The notes beneath the pieces were generated by a model. It was not told the DNA's origin. It saw only the letters and a program-made list of their open reading frames with translations, and did not search any database. A stretch of DNA of 64,000 nucleotides from assembly GCA_965240325.2 (NCBI GenBank), contig OZ251222.1, positions 1,860,001 to 1,924,000 on the forward strand, written 5' to 3'. Both the position numbers and the translations under genes were made by a program. Source of the DNA: Rebecca billardiae RCC1528. Lineage: Eukaryota > Protista > Haptophyta. Shown here in pieces: positions 1-10,975 of the stretch; positions within the stretch are counted from its first letter, which is position 1, and the number at the start of each line of letters is the position of its first letter.

Positions 1-1993
1 GCCGAGCCTGTGCTGTCGCCTGCGCCGTCGGTTTGGACTGCGTGCGGCCTGCGTGGATGGCGGTGGCGGCGCGCTGCCAGCTGGCGCGCGCACGCTCCTG
101 AGACGCACGCGGCGGCGGCAGCTCGCGAAGGCCCTCGTCGCCCCTGGGCTCAGACCTGGTCGAGCTGGTGGGCTGCTCGGGAGCAGGAGGCCACTTCTCG
201 GCCGCCACCGCCGCGGGGAAAAGGGCTGCCAGGGGTGAGGTCGTCGTACCTGGCCCTGCGGCGCCCGCGTGCGCGGGCAGCTCAGGCTGCGGCTGCGGCT
301 GCTGCTGCGCTCGCCTGCGCTGCGCACGCGAGCCACCCGCGCCGGACCCCGCGGCGCGCTGCGCCAGCTCGGCGGCTGAGCTGTCTGGCTCCGTCGCCGA
401 CGCCGCGACCCGAGCGACCACCGGTGCCTCGACGGGAGTGTGCACGCCATCGCTGCTCCCGGGATCGCTCGAGACGGCAGCCGCCGACGAGCTTCGGCTC
501 GGGGCAGCGGCGGCGGCGGGGGGCAGCGGTGGGGCCGACGCGCTGGATGCCGACGCGGCGCGCGCCGCACGCGCGGCCGCGGCGGCAGCCATCGACTCGG
601 CGGCTGCAGCGGCCGTCGGCGCCTCGCGCAGCCGACGTGGCACTGGCCGGCGCGCATCGCCGGTCGGCCGCTTGGTCTGCGGCGGCCGCGGCAGGTGCCG
701 GGGCTGATCGAGCACGCGCCCGCGGCGCACCTCGCGCTGGCGGATCAGGAAGAACACGGCCGTGACGTACGACCGCTCGCCCCCAGCGAGCGCGGAGATC
801 ACCTCCGCGCGAGGCACGCCGTACTCATCAGCGAGCAGCTTGAGTACCGCGCCGCGAGCGAGGTCGGTCAGCCCGCCGGGAAGGGTCGGCCGCGGGGCCT
901 CGGGCGGCGCCAGCGATTGCAGCCATCTGTGGTCGAGCACCTGGCGCGCCGTCAGCCGCTGCTCGGGGTTGGTGGTGAGGAGGCCTGCGCGCACGCGTGC
1001 GTGCGCGCGGCGGGCGGGAGCGGGCGCGACGGAGCGCCGCACCCCGTGAGTCGGCGACACACGGCCATGGGCGCGCGGCCGACGCACGGCGCTGACGATG
1101 CGGACGTGCGGCCGCGCGCGCACGCTTGATGAGCGACTCGGCGCCCGATGACAACGGCGGGCAGCCGTCGAAGGAGTAGTCGCCCGCGATGATCCGGTCG
1201 TACAGCACCTCCATGTCGTCCTCGTCGAAGGGCAGGCAGCCGCACACCATCGCGTACAGGCAGACGCCTAGCGACCACATGTCTGCCTGTGGGCCCTTGT
1301 ACCCGCCGCCGATGAGCATCTCGGGCGCGGCGTAGTGCGGCGAGCCACACGCGGCTTCAAGAACGACGTCGGGCGCGTCGAGCACGGCGCCAAGGCCGAA
1401 GTCGATGATCTTCACCGCGCGCCCGCCGCCCGCCGCCTCCGTGCCCTCGCCTGGCGGCGAGAGCAGCATGTTCTCCGGCTTCAGGTCACGGTGGATCAGG
1501 CTGAGCTCGTGGAAGGAGGCGACGGCGGCGACGATCTGCGCGAAGAGGGAGGCGGCCTCCTCCTCGGGCAGGTGCCCGCGCTGCACGATGTACCCGAAGA
1601 GCTCGCCGCCGCCCACGTGCTCAGTCACCAGGTACGTCGCGTCTGGCTCTTCGATGACCTCGAGAAGCCGCACGAGGTGTGGGTGCTCGATCGCGTGCAG
1701 GATGCGCACCTCGTTGCGCAGGCGCTCGCGTGCGGCATCGTCGTGGATGCGATCTCGCTCGATGATCTTCACGGCGACCGTTTCGCCCGTCTTGGCCTCG
1801 TGGCCGAGGCGCACCTGGCCTGCGCGGCATGAGCGCGCGGCGTGCACGCGCGTGAGTGCGCGCCCCACGCGACGGGTGTGCCCGGGGCTGGGTGAACGGC
1901 GCAGTGCTACGGCGCGGTACCAAATGTGCCCTCGCCCAGCGTCTTGCCCAGGCGGTAGCGCCCATTGCCGACGAACTCCGGCCCTTCAGGCAT
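1..1993 (-). CDS. SNF1/AMPK/MARK-related Ser/Thr kinase with UBA-like region and low-complexity tail (3' end runs off window); exons 1993-1921, 1819-1124, 984-<1
   Basis: Spliced translation gives MPEGPEFVGNGRYRLGKTLGEGTFG|QVRLG..VAVKII..HRDLKPEN..IIDFG..ACGSPHYAAPE..DMWSLGV..|LLTTNPEQRLTARQVLDHRWL, followed by a UBA-like helical segment (EVISALAGGERSYVTAVFFL). Introns 1820-1920 and 985-1123 are GT..AG and restore the frame. Confidence 0.9.
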
Positions 1994-2046
1994 GTGTGTG
2001 GGCCCGCGCAAAGCTACGACGCCATTGCCCGCCGTTCTTGAATGGT

Positions 2047-2445
2047 ATGAGTTCCGAACGGCTGTCATTGGAGGCACCGTTGGACCAAAGGACCATCAAA
2101 TACCTACAGCACTCAGACCTGCTCAGTCGACGGATTCGTTCTCCATCGAGCCGTCGCTCCTCGACGCGCCGCGCCGTCAAGGAACGCCAGGCGCGCAAGT
2201 CGGCGCGCCTGGCACCGACCGCTGCACCCACGCCAGTCCCTGCTGCCCCGCTCCACGAGGACCGAGACTCGCCCCCGGGCGACGACTTGGACGACGAGGA
2301 GCTGCCGCAGCAGCGGACGAAGCGCACCCTGGACGACGCCGCAGCGCCAGCCGCCGCCAGCCAGCCAGCTGGCTCGAGCGGCAGGCGCGTACGCGACCGC
2401 TCAGGGAGCACGGGGCAGGCTCGACCAGCTGCTACCAGCGGCTGA
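2047..2445 (+). CDS. possible small hypothetical protein divergent from the kinase
   Basis: ATG-initiated 132-aa ORF (MSSERLSLEAPLDQRT...) with basic and acidic patches and no recognisable domain. Confidence 0.25.
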   Translation: MSSERLSLEAPLDQRTIKYLQHSDLLSRRIRSPSSRRSSTRRAVKERQARKSARLAPTAAPTPVPAAPLHEDRDSPPGDDLDDEELPQQRTKRTLDDAAAPAAASQPAGSSGRRVRDRSGSTGQARPAATSG

Positions 2446-4128
2446 GACTGCCAGCTGACATCCGGACCTGCATCATCGCCCTCGCTCGGGGCACAGCAGG
2501 GCCATGCGAGCCGCGCAGCGCAGGTGGATCGCGCTCCAGCAGCTCAAGGCCGCGCTCAAGCAATCCGATCGCGGTGCAGGCTATGCTCTGCCACCAACGC
2601 CGACTTCGTGTCGACGATCGGGCACTGCCGCCGACGAATCAGGAGACCCGCGTCGTCCTACCTGTGTCGTTAAATCATAGAATGAGTCAGACCAACCAGC
2701 GACGCCTGCCGCTGTGCCCGTGTGCCGCACCGCCCGCACTAGCCGATTAACGACACGTGGATGACGGCGCAGGTCTCCTGATTCGTCGGCGGCTGTGCCC
2801 AATCGTCGACAAGTCGGCATTGGTGGAAGACAGTCTAAGAGCACCACCGGTTCACCCGCACCGCGAGTGAGCCGCAAGTAAGTGAGCGAAGCTCGCGGAT
2901 TGCAGCTGCTTCATTGTGAAGTGCCCTAGCCAGTCGTGGTCGAGGGTGTAGGTACGGATGTCAGATGACCCTGCCGCTGTTAGCAGCGGGTCCAGCCGTC
3001 CCCGTGTGCCCTGCTCGGCCGTGAGTGCGCTTAGCTGGCAGGGAAGGCTTCGCCCGCGGCAGCGGACTTCCGGCCGCTCCTCGTCCGGTCCAAGTCAGCG
3101 TCGCCGTGCGCTCCTGGCTTTTTCATGACGGCTCGCCGCGTCGACGAGCGACGGCTCGATGGAGAACGAATTTGTCGGCCATGCTCGTCGCGTCGTGGCC
3201 CGCACTTCCCACGCCCACTCGCCAGCTTCCGCAGTTCCGCTTCTTCTGACTGAGAGTGCTGCTTCAGTCAGCAGTAAGTAATAAGACAGAAACAGCCGTC
3301 ACAGACAGAACTGAGATGCCGCTGATGAGTAGCGAAGCTGCGCGAGTACGTTAGTGCGCCTGTCAACGGCGGGGCGATCATCGATCGATATGGCTAGCGA
3401 GCTGATCGGGGCGGATAGCAACCTTCTCACTGGGACCACGCCACTCACGCCCCGCGGTTTGGCGACCTCGCCACAGCTCAATCAATGCTCGTCCCGAGAT
3501 TGGCACGGGCGTCCCGCAGTACCACCACCTTACTTCTCACTTCTGCCGGCGCTGCGCCCGGGGACGTTGACATGCTCGTCGACGACGACGGTAGGCTGGA
3601 GCCCTCGGACGACAGCCTGTCTGAGTCCGACCTGATGCATGGTCGTCGCTCCGCTCCGGCTCATCTTGCTCAATACACATGTACTTAACCGTATGCTATC
3701 TACCCGTATGTTAATCATAGCCAGCCAACACCTGGTATGAAACTGATGCTCCATCCTGATCGTCTACTGGCGGAGTCTTAATTGACCCCCTGAGCTGAAT
3801 ATGAATTGGTCATGATGACGCTCGCACGTTCAGGGGGGTACTCATCAGCGATGATGTTGGGCTCATTGTAACCGTCGTTGACACATTCTCAAATATCTCT
3901 CTGACACCAAGCCAAGTGCCGTATGGATACGTACCAATACTCTCAATACTCTCCTCCAGTCATCGTGGATCGATGATACACGTACCGTACGTGGCTTGCG
4001 GCAACGTACCCGCGCACAGCAATCAGGGTTAAAGGGGCCCGCCCCCCGCGCACCTGCCTCCATCTCCCGAGCCGCGGCGCGACACGACGCACCGGGGCGC
4101 CGCGCACGAGCCGGAGGACGTGCGCAGC

Positions 4129-5334
4129 ATGAGCAGCGTGATATGCAGCCATCCCGAGTGCATGGTCGGGCCATCCTACGGCATGCCGGAGGAGGAGTGC
4201 GCCAGTCGGTGCGCCGCGCACATGCTGCCGGGCATGGTGTACAAGGTGAAGATCACGTGCGAACATGAGGGGTGCGAGAAGCGGTCGTCGTTCGGCATGC
4301 CGGCGGACAGGTGCGCGAGCCGCTGCGCCGCCCACAAGCTCACCGGCATGGTCCTGAAGCACCGCACGTGCGATCATCCTGGCTGCCTTAAGCAGACGTC
4401 GTTTGGCATGCCGAGCGACACGCGCGCCAGCCGGTGCGCTGCTCACCGGCTGCCTGGCATGGTCGTGAAGCACCGCACGTGCGAGTTCCCGGGCTGTGAG
4501 AAGCAGCCGTCCTTCGGCATGCGGGGCGCCAAGCGCGCCCACCGCTGTGCCGCGCACAAGCTCTTCGGCATGGTCAACGTCGTGAGCCGCACGTGCGATC
4601 ACCCGCTCTGCAGCAAGCGGCCTTCTTTCGGCATGCCCGGCGAGCGGCGCGCAAGCCGGTGCGTCGCGCACAAGCTGCCCATCATGGTCGACGTCGTCAA
4701 GCGCACGTGCCACCATCCGGGCTGCGCGATGTCGCCGACGTTTGGCGTCGCGGGCGCCACGCGTGCGAGCCGGTGCGTGGCGCACAAGCTGCCGGGCATG
4801 ATCGACGTCGTCAATCGCTTGTGCGAACACTCCGGCTGCTTGCAGAGGCCGACATACGGCTTCCCGGAGGACGTGCACGCCAGCCTGTGCGTCGCGCACA
4901 AGATCCCCGGCATGATCAGCAAGTCCGAGATGCACCTGACGCACCTGTTCCCGGACCTCCCACAGCACGAGATGCCGGACGTCGAGCAGCAGAGGGGGAA
5001 GCGCCCGCGCGTGCACGCTGATGCGCACGCGGCTGCTGGCGGCCTGCGCCCACATGGGTGGCCGGCCGCGCCGGAGATCAGCGTGACGGCCCGCATCGTG
5101 GCGACGCTTCCGCATGGCTATCAGAGGGGCGGGCAGCACCCGCTCACCGTGGACATCGGGGAACCCACGGACACAACTGTGGTCCCTGTGGTGTTGCCCG
5201 GCGCATCCGCCCCAAGTCTCGTCACGGTCACGGGCCACGGTCAGGGCGCGCACGACGATCCCTCGCCCCGCCGGGGCAGCACCCGCAGGTACCTGGCTGT
5301 CGTCCACGTGCCGATGGTGCATCGCCCCTGGTGA
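4129..5334 (+). CDS. EsV-1-7-type cysteine-rich repeat protein (7 tandem C-x4-C...C-x2-H repeats)
   Basis: Seven ~37-aa repeats with consensus CxHPGCxKxPSFGMPGxxxASRCAAHKLPGMVxVVxRT match the EsV-1-7 cysteine-rich motif. Single exon. Confidence 0.85.
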   Translation: MSSVICSHPECMVGPSYGMPEEECASRCAAHMLPGMVYKVKITCEHEGCEKRSSFGMPADRCASRCAAHKLTGMVLKHRTCDHPGCLKQTSFGMPSDTRASRCAAHRLPGMVVKHRTCEFPGCEKQPSFGMRGAKRAHRCAAHKLFGMVNVVSRTCDHPLCSKRPSFGMPGERRASRCVAHKLPIMVDVVKRTCHHPGCAMSPTFGVAGATRASRCVAHKLPGMIDVVNRLCEHSGCLQRPTYGFPEDVHASLCVAHKIPGMISKSEMHLTHLFPDLPQHEMPDVEQQRGKRPRVHADAHAAAGGLRPHGWPAAPEISVTARIVATLPHGYQRGGQHPLTVDIGEPTDTTVVPVVLPGASAPSLVTVTGHGQGAHDDPSPRRGSTRRYLAVVHVPMVHRPW

Positions 5335-5763
5335 TGAGCATTGCCTCTGGCGATGCCTGCCATATGGGGTCGTGTCCACCGCCGCTGCCAGCTGCGCGAA
5401 GCCCGTGGCCGTGGCCTGGCGCTGGCTGGCGCACACCGAAAGCGCCGCCATCGTCCGGCCTCTGGGCCGCGCGGGCGTTGCTTGCCGTTCTGTGCTTGCC
5501 CGACGCGCCGTCGAGCGCCGAGGGCGCGACTGTTCTCATGCGGCCGTCAGGACTGCCGTACTGATAGATGTCTATGACTGAGACGCTATATAGCCTTGAT
5601 GTCTGCTACTCGCCCGTCTAAAATACTAATTAACTAATTTACTAGTAGTCTACGGTAAATTAAGTGGGTACTATTGAATATTCGATCTAGCAGTCAGCAC
5701 TACTCACTAGTCAGTTAGACACTAGACAGACGATGACAGCCCTGTCTAATAACCTGTGACGTA

Positions 5764-5770
<7 letters not shown>

Positions 5771-5844
<74 letters not shown>
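5771..5844. repeat. (TA)n microsatellite
   Basis: Pure TA run of about 74 bp. Confidence 0.98.
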
Positions 5845-6134
<290 letters not shown>

Positions 6135-6415
6135 CTAAGCCTAAGCCCTTAGCCTAAGGGTATAAGGCCTATAAATAACCGGAGCAGTAACCCGTGTCCG
6201 TCACTACTCACGTCTACTGTCCGTGAGCGGGCGACCGGGTCCGGGCGTAACTCGTGAGGGGCCCCCGTGCCCGTGGCCGTGAATCGTGATTGGCGCGGCC
6301 GCGCGGGTAGTCCTGCGATGTCGGCCTGGTAATAATGCGGTCGATTTGATGATGATACGACTGCCTTGCGGCGCCATCAGCGGTGTACGGTCGGGGCGGC
6401 GTATCTGAGCCACTG

Positions 6416-7921
6416 TCACCATGTGCAGGAGGGCGCGCGGCGGCTACGGATGCTGCGTACGGCTCGCCATATTGTGTGGCAAGCCGCGGCTGCGCAGACC
6501 CCGAGCAGGGCGAGCGCACACAGGGCGCCACGCATGAGCTCGACTCGCGTTGGTAGCGGCGCGCCACCAGAGTGTGGCACGCACTCCGCCCAGGCATGGC
6601 GCTGAGCGCGTGGCTCGGCGCTCAACGGTGCGCCTCGTGGCGCAGGTGCCGCGCCGTCGAGGTCCAGCTCACTGAGCGCCCACGTGCGCGCAAGCACCTC
6701 GCGGCCAGAGGCATCGATGATGGATGCGCGCAGGCTCGGCCCACCGGTCGCGTCCCAATGCACATCCAGCTGCCCAAAGTTCCGTCCCAGGTAGTATCCG
6801 CCGCCATGCCCAGGGGTGGCTTCGCGCGTCGGCCAGGCGCGCGCGTACCGAGGCTCGCCGGCACCATCCGCGCGCGCCTGATAACGCCACGGCATCCCGG
6901 CCATCGCCGCGTGCACGACGTGCGCGGCGAGCCCGTCGAAGAGGCGGCGCTGGCCCAGTAGATTGGGGAGGGGGCGGAAGTTCCAGGAATGGGTCATGCC
7001 CGAGCTGGTGAGCTCGACGAGCGCGGTGGGCGTGTGCCGCGCATCGGCGCGGGAGCACCGAGCGATGTTGAGCTCGGCCATGTGCACGTCCCCCGACAGC
7101 AGCACCGGCGCGGGCACGTTCAGCCGGTGGAGCAGCGACAGCAGCCGCTCGCGCGCGCGCGGGAACCGCGTCCAGCCCTCGCCGATGCCCTTGGCGGGCA
7201 GCACCTGCAGCCCGGAGACAATGAGGTGCGCGCGCGCGCGCGAGCGGCGGAGCGTGCGCTCGAGCCAGGCCCACTGCGCCTCGCCAAGGAAGTCCCCGCT
7301 CTCGCCCACTTCGTACGGGTCGCGCGAGAACCGGACGTCCAGGAGAACCACGCGGATGCCGCGCAGCCGGCGCCGGCTGCCTCCCGCCGAGCGGAGCGCG
7401 CGCGCGTGTCGCGCACCGCGCGGCGGCAGGATGAGGTGTGACGCGTACACGCCGCGTCTGAACCGCCGCGGCGACCACGGCGGCACGCGCATGAAGTCGA
7501 GGAACAGCCGCTGCGAGGCGTCGCGCAGCTGGAACGTGCGGTCGCCGTCGTTCAAGCCGTAGTCGTGGTCGTCCCATGTGCCGATGATGCGGGCAGGCGA
7601 GCGCACGAGCGCGGCATATTCGGGGTGCTCGCGCTGCATGGCGTATAGCTCGCGCAGTCGCTCGCGCGTCGCGGGCTCCGCGCGCACGAGGCGGCGGCTC
7701 CAGTCCAGCCCGGTGACGCGATCGGCATACACGTTGTCGCCGCCCCACACCCACGCGTGCGGCTGGCGTGCAAGCACGTGGGTCCACAGCGGCTGCATCT
7801 GCTCCGCTCGGTTGCACGAGCCAAAGAGGATTCGCGTCGTCGCCGGCGGTGGCGGTCCTTCTGACGCCGCCAGGGATGACAGCAGCATGTGCATCAAAAG
7901 AGCTGAGACGACGACAGCCAT
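6416..7921 (-). CDS. phoD: PhoD-family alkaline phosphatase D, secreted or membrane-anchored
   Basis: Motifs FGSCN, WGGDNVYAD, TWDDHDYG, LLDVRFSRD, FLGEAQWAWLE, LLSGDVH and ELTSSG. N-terminal hydrophobic signal (MAVVVSALLMHMLLSSLAA) and C-terminal hydrophobic helix. Start placed at the ATG before the signal peptide. Confidence 0.9.
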   Translation of the reverse strand: MAVVVSALLMHMLLSSLAASEGPPPPATTRILFGSCNRAEQMQPLWTHVLARQPHAWVWGGDNVYADRVTGLDWSRRLVRAEPATRERLRELYAMQREHPEYAALVRSPARIIGTWDDHDYGLNDGDRTFQLRDASQRLFLDFMRVPPWSPRRFRRGVYASHLILPPRGARHARALRSAGGSRRRLRGIRVVLLDVRFSRDPYEVGESGDFLGEAQWAWLERTLRRSRARAHLIVSGLQVLPAKGIGEGWTRFPRARERLLSLLHRLNVPAPVLLSGDVHMAELNIARCSRADARHTPTALVELTSSGMTHSWNFRPLPNLLGQRRLFDGLAAHVVHAAMAGMPWRYQARADGAGEPRYARAWPTREATPGHGGGYYLGRNFGQLDVHWDATGGPSLRASIIDASGREVLARTWALSELDLDGAAPAPRGAPLSAEPRAQRHAWAECVPHSGGAPLPTRVELMRGALCALALLGVCAAAACHTIWRAVRSIRSRRAPSCTW

Positions 7922-8240
7922 GGCCCGAAAGTCCGAAACTTCGAAGACGACGTCGAATTCCTTTGGTTTCATGGAGAGCCTCGGGCTGGCGGCGTGAGCA
8001 AAGAAAAGTGGCGTGAGCCGAACGTCATCCAATTGTGAGCGCACTGCTGGCAGTTCTCGCTCATCGGACCCAATACTCAACGCCCACCAGCTGTCCAATC
8101 GCGTGCGAAGGAGGTTTCCTCGTGATCGTGTTTCGAGCAGACGACTGGCCGACCACGACATGTGAAAATGAGTGATGAACGCAACAGCTCGGGACTCGGG
8201 ATCGCCGATTCGAGACCGGCCACAACTTCCACAACGCGCG

Positions 8241-9376
8241 ATGCGGGGCACGCCTGGGTCGAAGGAGCGGCCGCGTCCGCCGTCCGCGAGGAAGAACGAT
8301 GTGCTCGGCCCGAAGACGGCAGTCATCAACTTTCGCGACGTCGCCGAGCACTCGGACGGGCGCATCGCCTCGGGCCGCGTCTTCCGTTCGGCCAACCCGC
8401 ACACGGCCAATCGAGATGACGCGCGGCGCATCGTGGACGAGCTGCGCGTGCGCACCGTGCTCGACCTGCGCTCGCTGAGCGAGGAGGAGGGCTTCGAACC
8501 ATCGAGCGCCCTGACTGCGCGCATGGTGCGCACACATGCCGCCAGCCGGGTCTACCCTGGCGCGCCCGCGCCAGCGGCAAACATCGGCGACGCGACCTGC
8601 TGCGAGCGCGAGCCTGGGCTTAGCTGCCGCGACCCGCGCACGGCCGTGCACGTGCGCATGCCCCTGCTGGACCGGCGCAAAGGGGTCAGCCGGCTCTTCT
8701 TGCTGCTCCCGCGCCACATCAAGGCGTACGCAGTCCTCTGCTGCTGCCTGATCGGCCGCGCAGGCATTGCGCGGCTGCTATACTCGCACGCGCTGCGGCC
8801 GCTCGGCCTGCTCGGGCTGTACGCGGCGATCCTCGACGAGAACGGCGAGCTGGTCGCGCGCGTGCTGCGCGAGGTGGTCGTCTCACTCCGCGCGGGGGCA
8901 GTGCTGCTGCACTGCTCTGCGGGCAAGGACCGCACCGGACTCATCGCGATGATGCTCCTCTCAGTCGCGGGCGCGGCGCGAGAGCAGATCGTGACCGACT
9001 ACGAGCGCACTGAGGAGTGGCACTCGGAGCTGAGCGACGCGGTGCGCCATTCTTTCGGCGCGGACGCGGACCAGCGGCTAGAAGGTGCGCGCGCGCCGCG
9101 GCCCTCGCCCGCGCACGCCCGCCTCCCAGCTCACCGCCATCCACGCGTACACGGCCCGCTCTGCTGCTGCGCCGTGCGTGCGCCGCAGAGCTGGGCGATG
9201 AGATCCTGCGCGCGCCCGGCGACACGATGCGCGCGCTGCTCACGTACGTGGACAAGGCGTACGGCTCGGTGCCGGCATACCTGCGCTGGATCGGCTTTAC
9301 GGACTCGGAGCAGGACGAGCTCGCCACCTTGCTTAGCCGGCCGGCCGAGGACGCGCCGGCCGCGAGCGCAACATGA
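8241..9376 (+). CDS. Tyrosine/lipid phosphatase of the Y_phosphatase3 (IphP/MptpB-like) family; intron 9085-9188
   Basis: NFRDV..GRVFRSA..VLDLRS..P-loop HCSAGKDRTG..DYERT. Splicing GTGCGC..CGCAG joins to the typical C-terminus MRALLTYVDKAYGSVPAYLRWIG. The start could be at 8172. Confidence 0.88.
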
Positions 9377-10975
9377 CTCGTCGTGCATCATCATCGGCGC
9401 GGCCGATGAGCCTGACGACGACGTGGCACTGGCAGGTCGGAGGAGGAGTCCCGGGTCAGTGTCGTGACTGCGTCGTCATCCCACCATCATGGTGGGTCTC
9501 GCAGTCGGCGGAACGCGTGATAGTCTCGGCGGCGGCCTCCGGTCGCGCAGATTGGGCCAAGAGTGAAGACGGAGCAGCCGCCACTTTATGAGCCGTGCAG
9601 CAGTAATAGCCAGGCTTCGTATTCCGACTGAGACCGCCAGAGTTCTCCGCGGATGGCGGACGGCCGACGCCCGGGCGACCGATGGGGCACTCGTCCGCGC
9701 CACTCGGGCTGACGACCCGCTGACCGCTCCGAAATCGAAGAGTCGCTGCCGGAGACGACTCGCGATGTGCCGGTCCGCGGGCGATATTGGGACCGCGCGA
9801 GGCCGAGTGCCCGGTAGTGTAAATAAATCTGCGTACGTAATATTTTTTGAATAAATAAATGTAGTCATATCACCGTGTAATCCGACGCCGGCCGCCGCGC
9901 CGTGACCGTGGCCGGTCTAAGAGTGTCACAGACTCACTGTGGCGGTGTCTTTGTGCAGTGTTGCAGGATGGCGACAGAATGGCGTTAATCCGACGCCTTA
10001 ACCAAGTGTGCACGTTAAATCATAGTATAAACTGTACTCTGACTCTGTATTGTACTATTGTAGGCTACTCACTGCCAGTGGCTGGGCCTTCGGAAGGCTC
10101 CGCCGGGCACGAGTAGTAGTACTCAGCCTGACGTTGCCGTTGGTCACGTCACGGACGGACCCGTGGTTGATCCTAAGTGACGCCAGTGGCAGCCTGGTCA
10201 CCGCTCCGACCGACACTCATACGGAGCCCTGCAGCGCCGCCGCGGGCCGGGTCGGGGTGCCAACTTAATACTGACTGCTAACTGGCGACGGCGCAGTGCC
10301 GTGGCGGCCCGAACAGACGCCGACCGACGGAACTCGGAAACCCGGCAGCCTCGGGGGAACCGGACCGAACGAGTCACAGCAGTGCCCGAACCGGCGTGCC
10401 TCCCGATCAGATGGCCCGCGGGGCCGGCGGGCTTCTGGCTGTCTGATAGCACAATGGCTAGTTAGTATCCGTATTACAGTAGCAGGCAGTCATCACTCAT
10501 TCTGCCTCTGGCACTGTCACGGAGTAGCCGCTGGGTCTGTCTTTGTGTCTGGACTTTGCGGGAAACTTTGCCGCGGCGCCGTGCCCGTTCCGACGGTCAG
10601 CTGTGGCCAGTAGGGCACGCAGCAGGCCGGATGCAGTAGTGGTGTACTACTTTAGTGAGCAGTGCCCGATGCCGCGACGCGATGACTGCGCCACAAGTGG
10701 CTCCGTTGGCTTTGTGCCAGTCCGACACCGCCACCGGGCCAGGCGCGGGCCGGGGTGCCAGTCAGATCATGTCAGATTCATCAGACGAGGACCACCCTTG
10801 AGACGAGAGTCGACGAGAGTTTCCGGACCGATCTCCGTGTCCGTGATTTACTTACTGATTTCCGCTCCTGCGAGTCCGGGATCGCAGATTTGAGATTTGA
10901 TCCAGTGCCGCGAGAAGGCCGACTGGCCGAAAGCGGCGACCTCGCACTGGCTGGCGGCCCTGCTCGTGTCTGCGC

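Noticed and set aside
4129-4920. Regularly spaced ~111-bp nucleotide repeats as a possible CRISPR-like array
   Set aside because: They are in-frame protein repeats with synonymous variation and have no constant repeat plus unique spacer structure.
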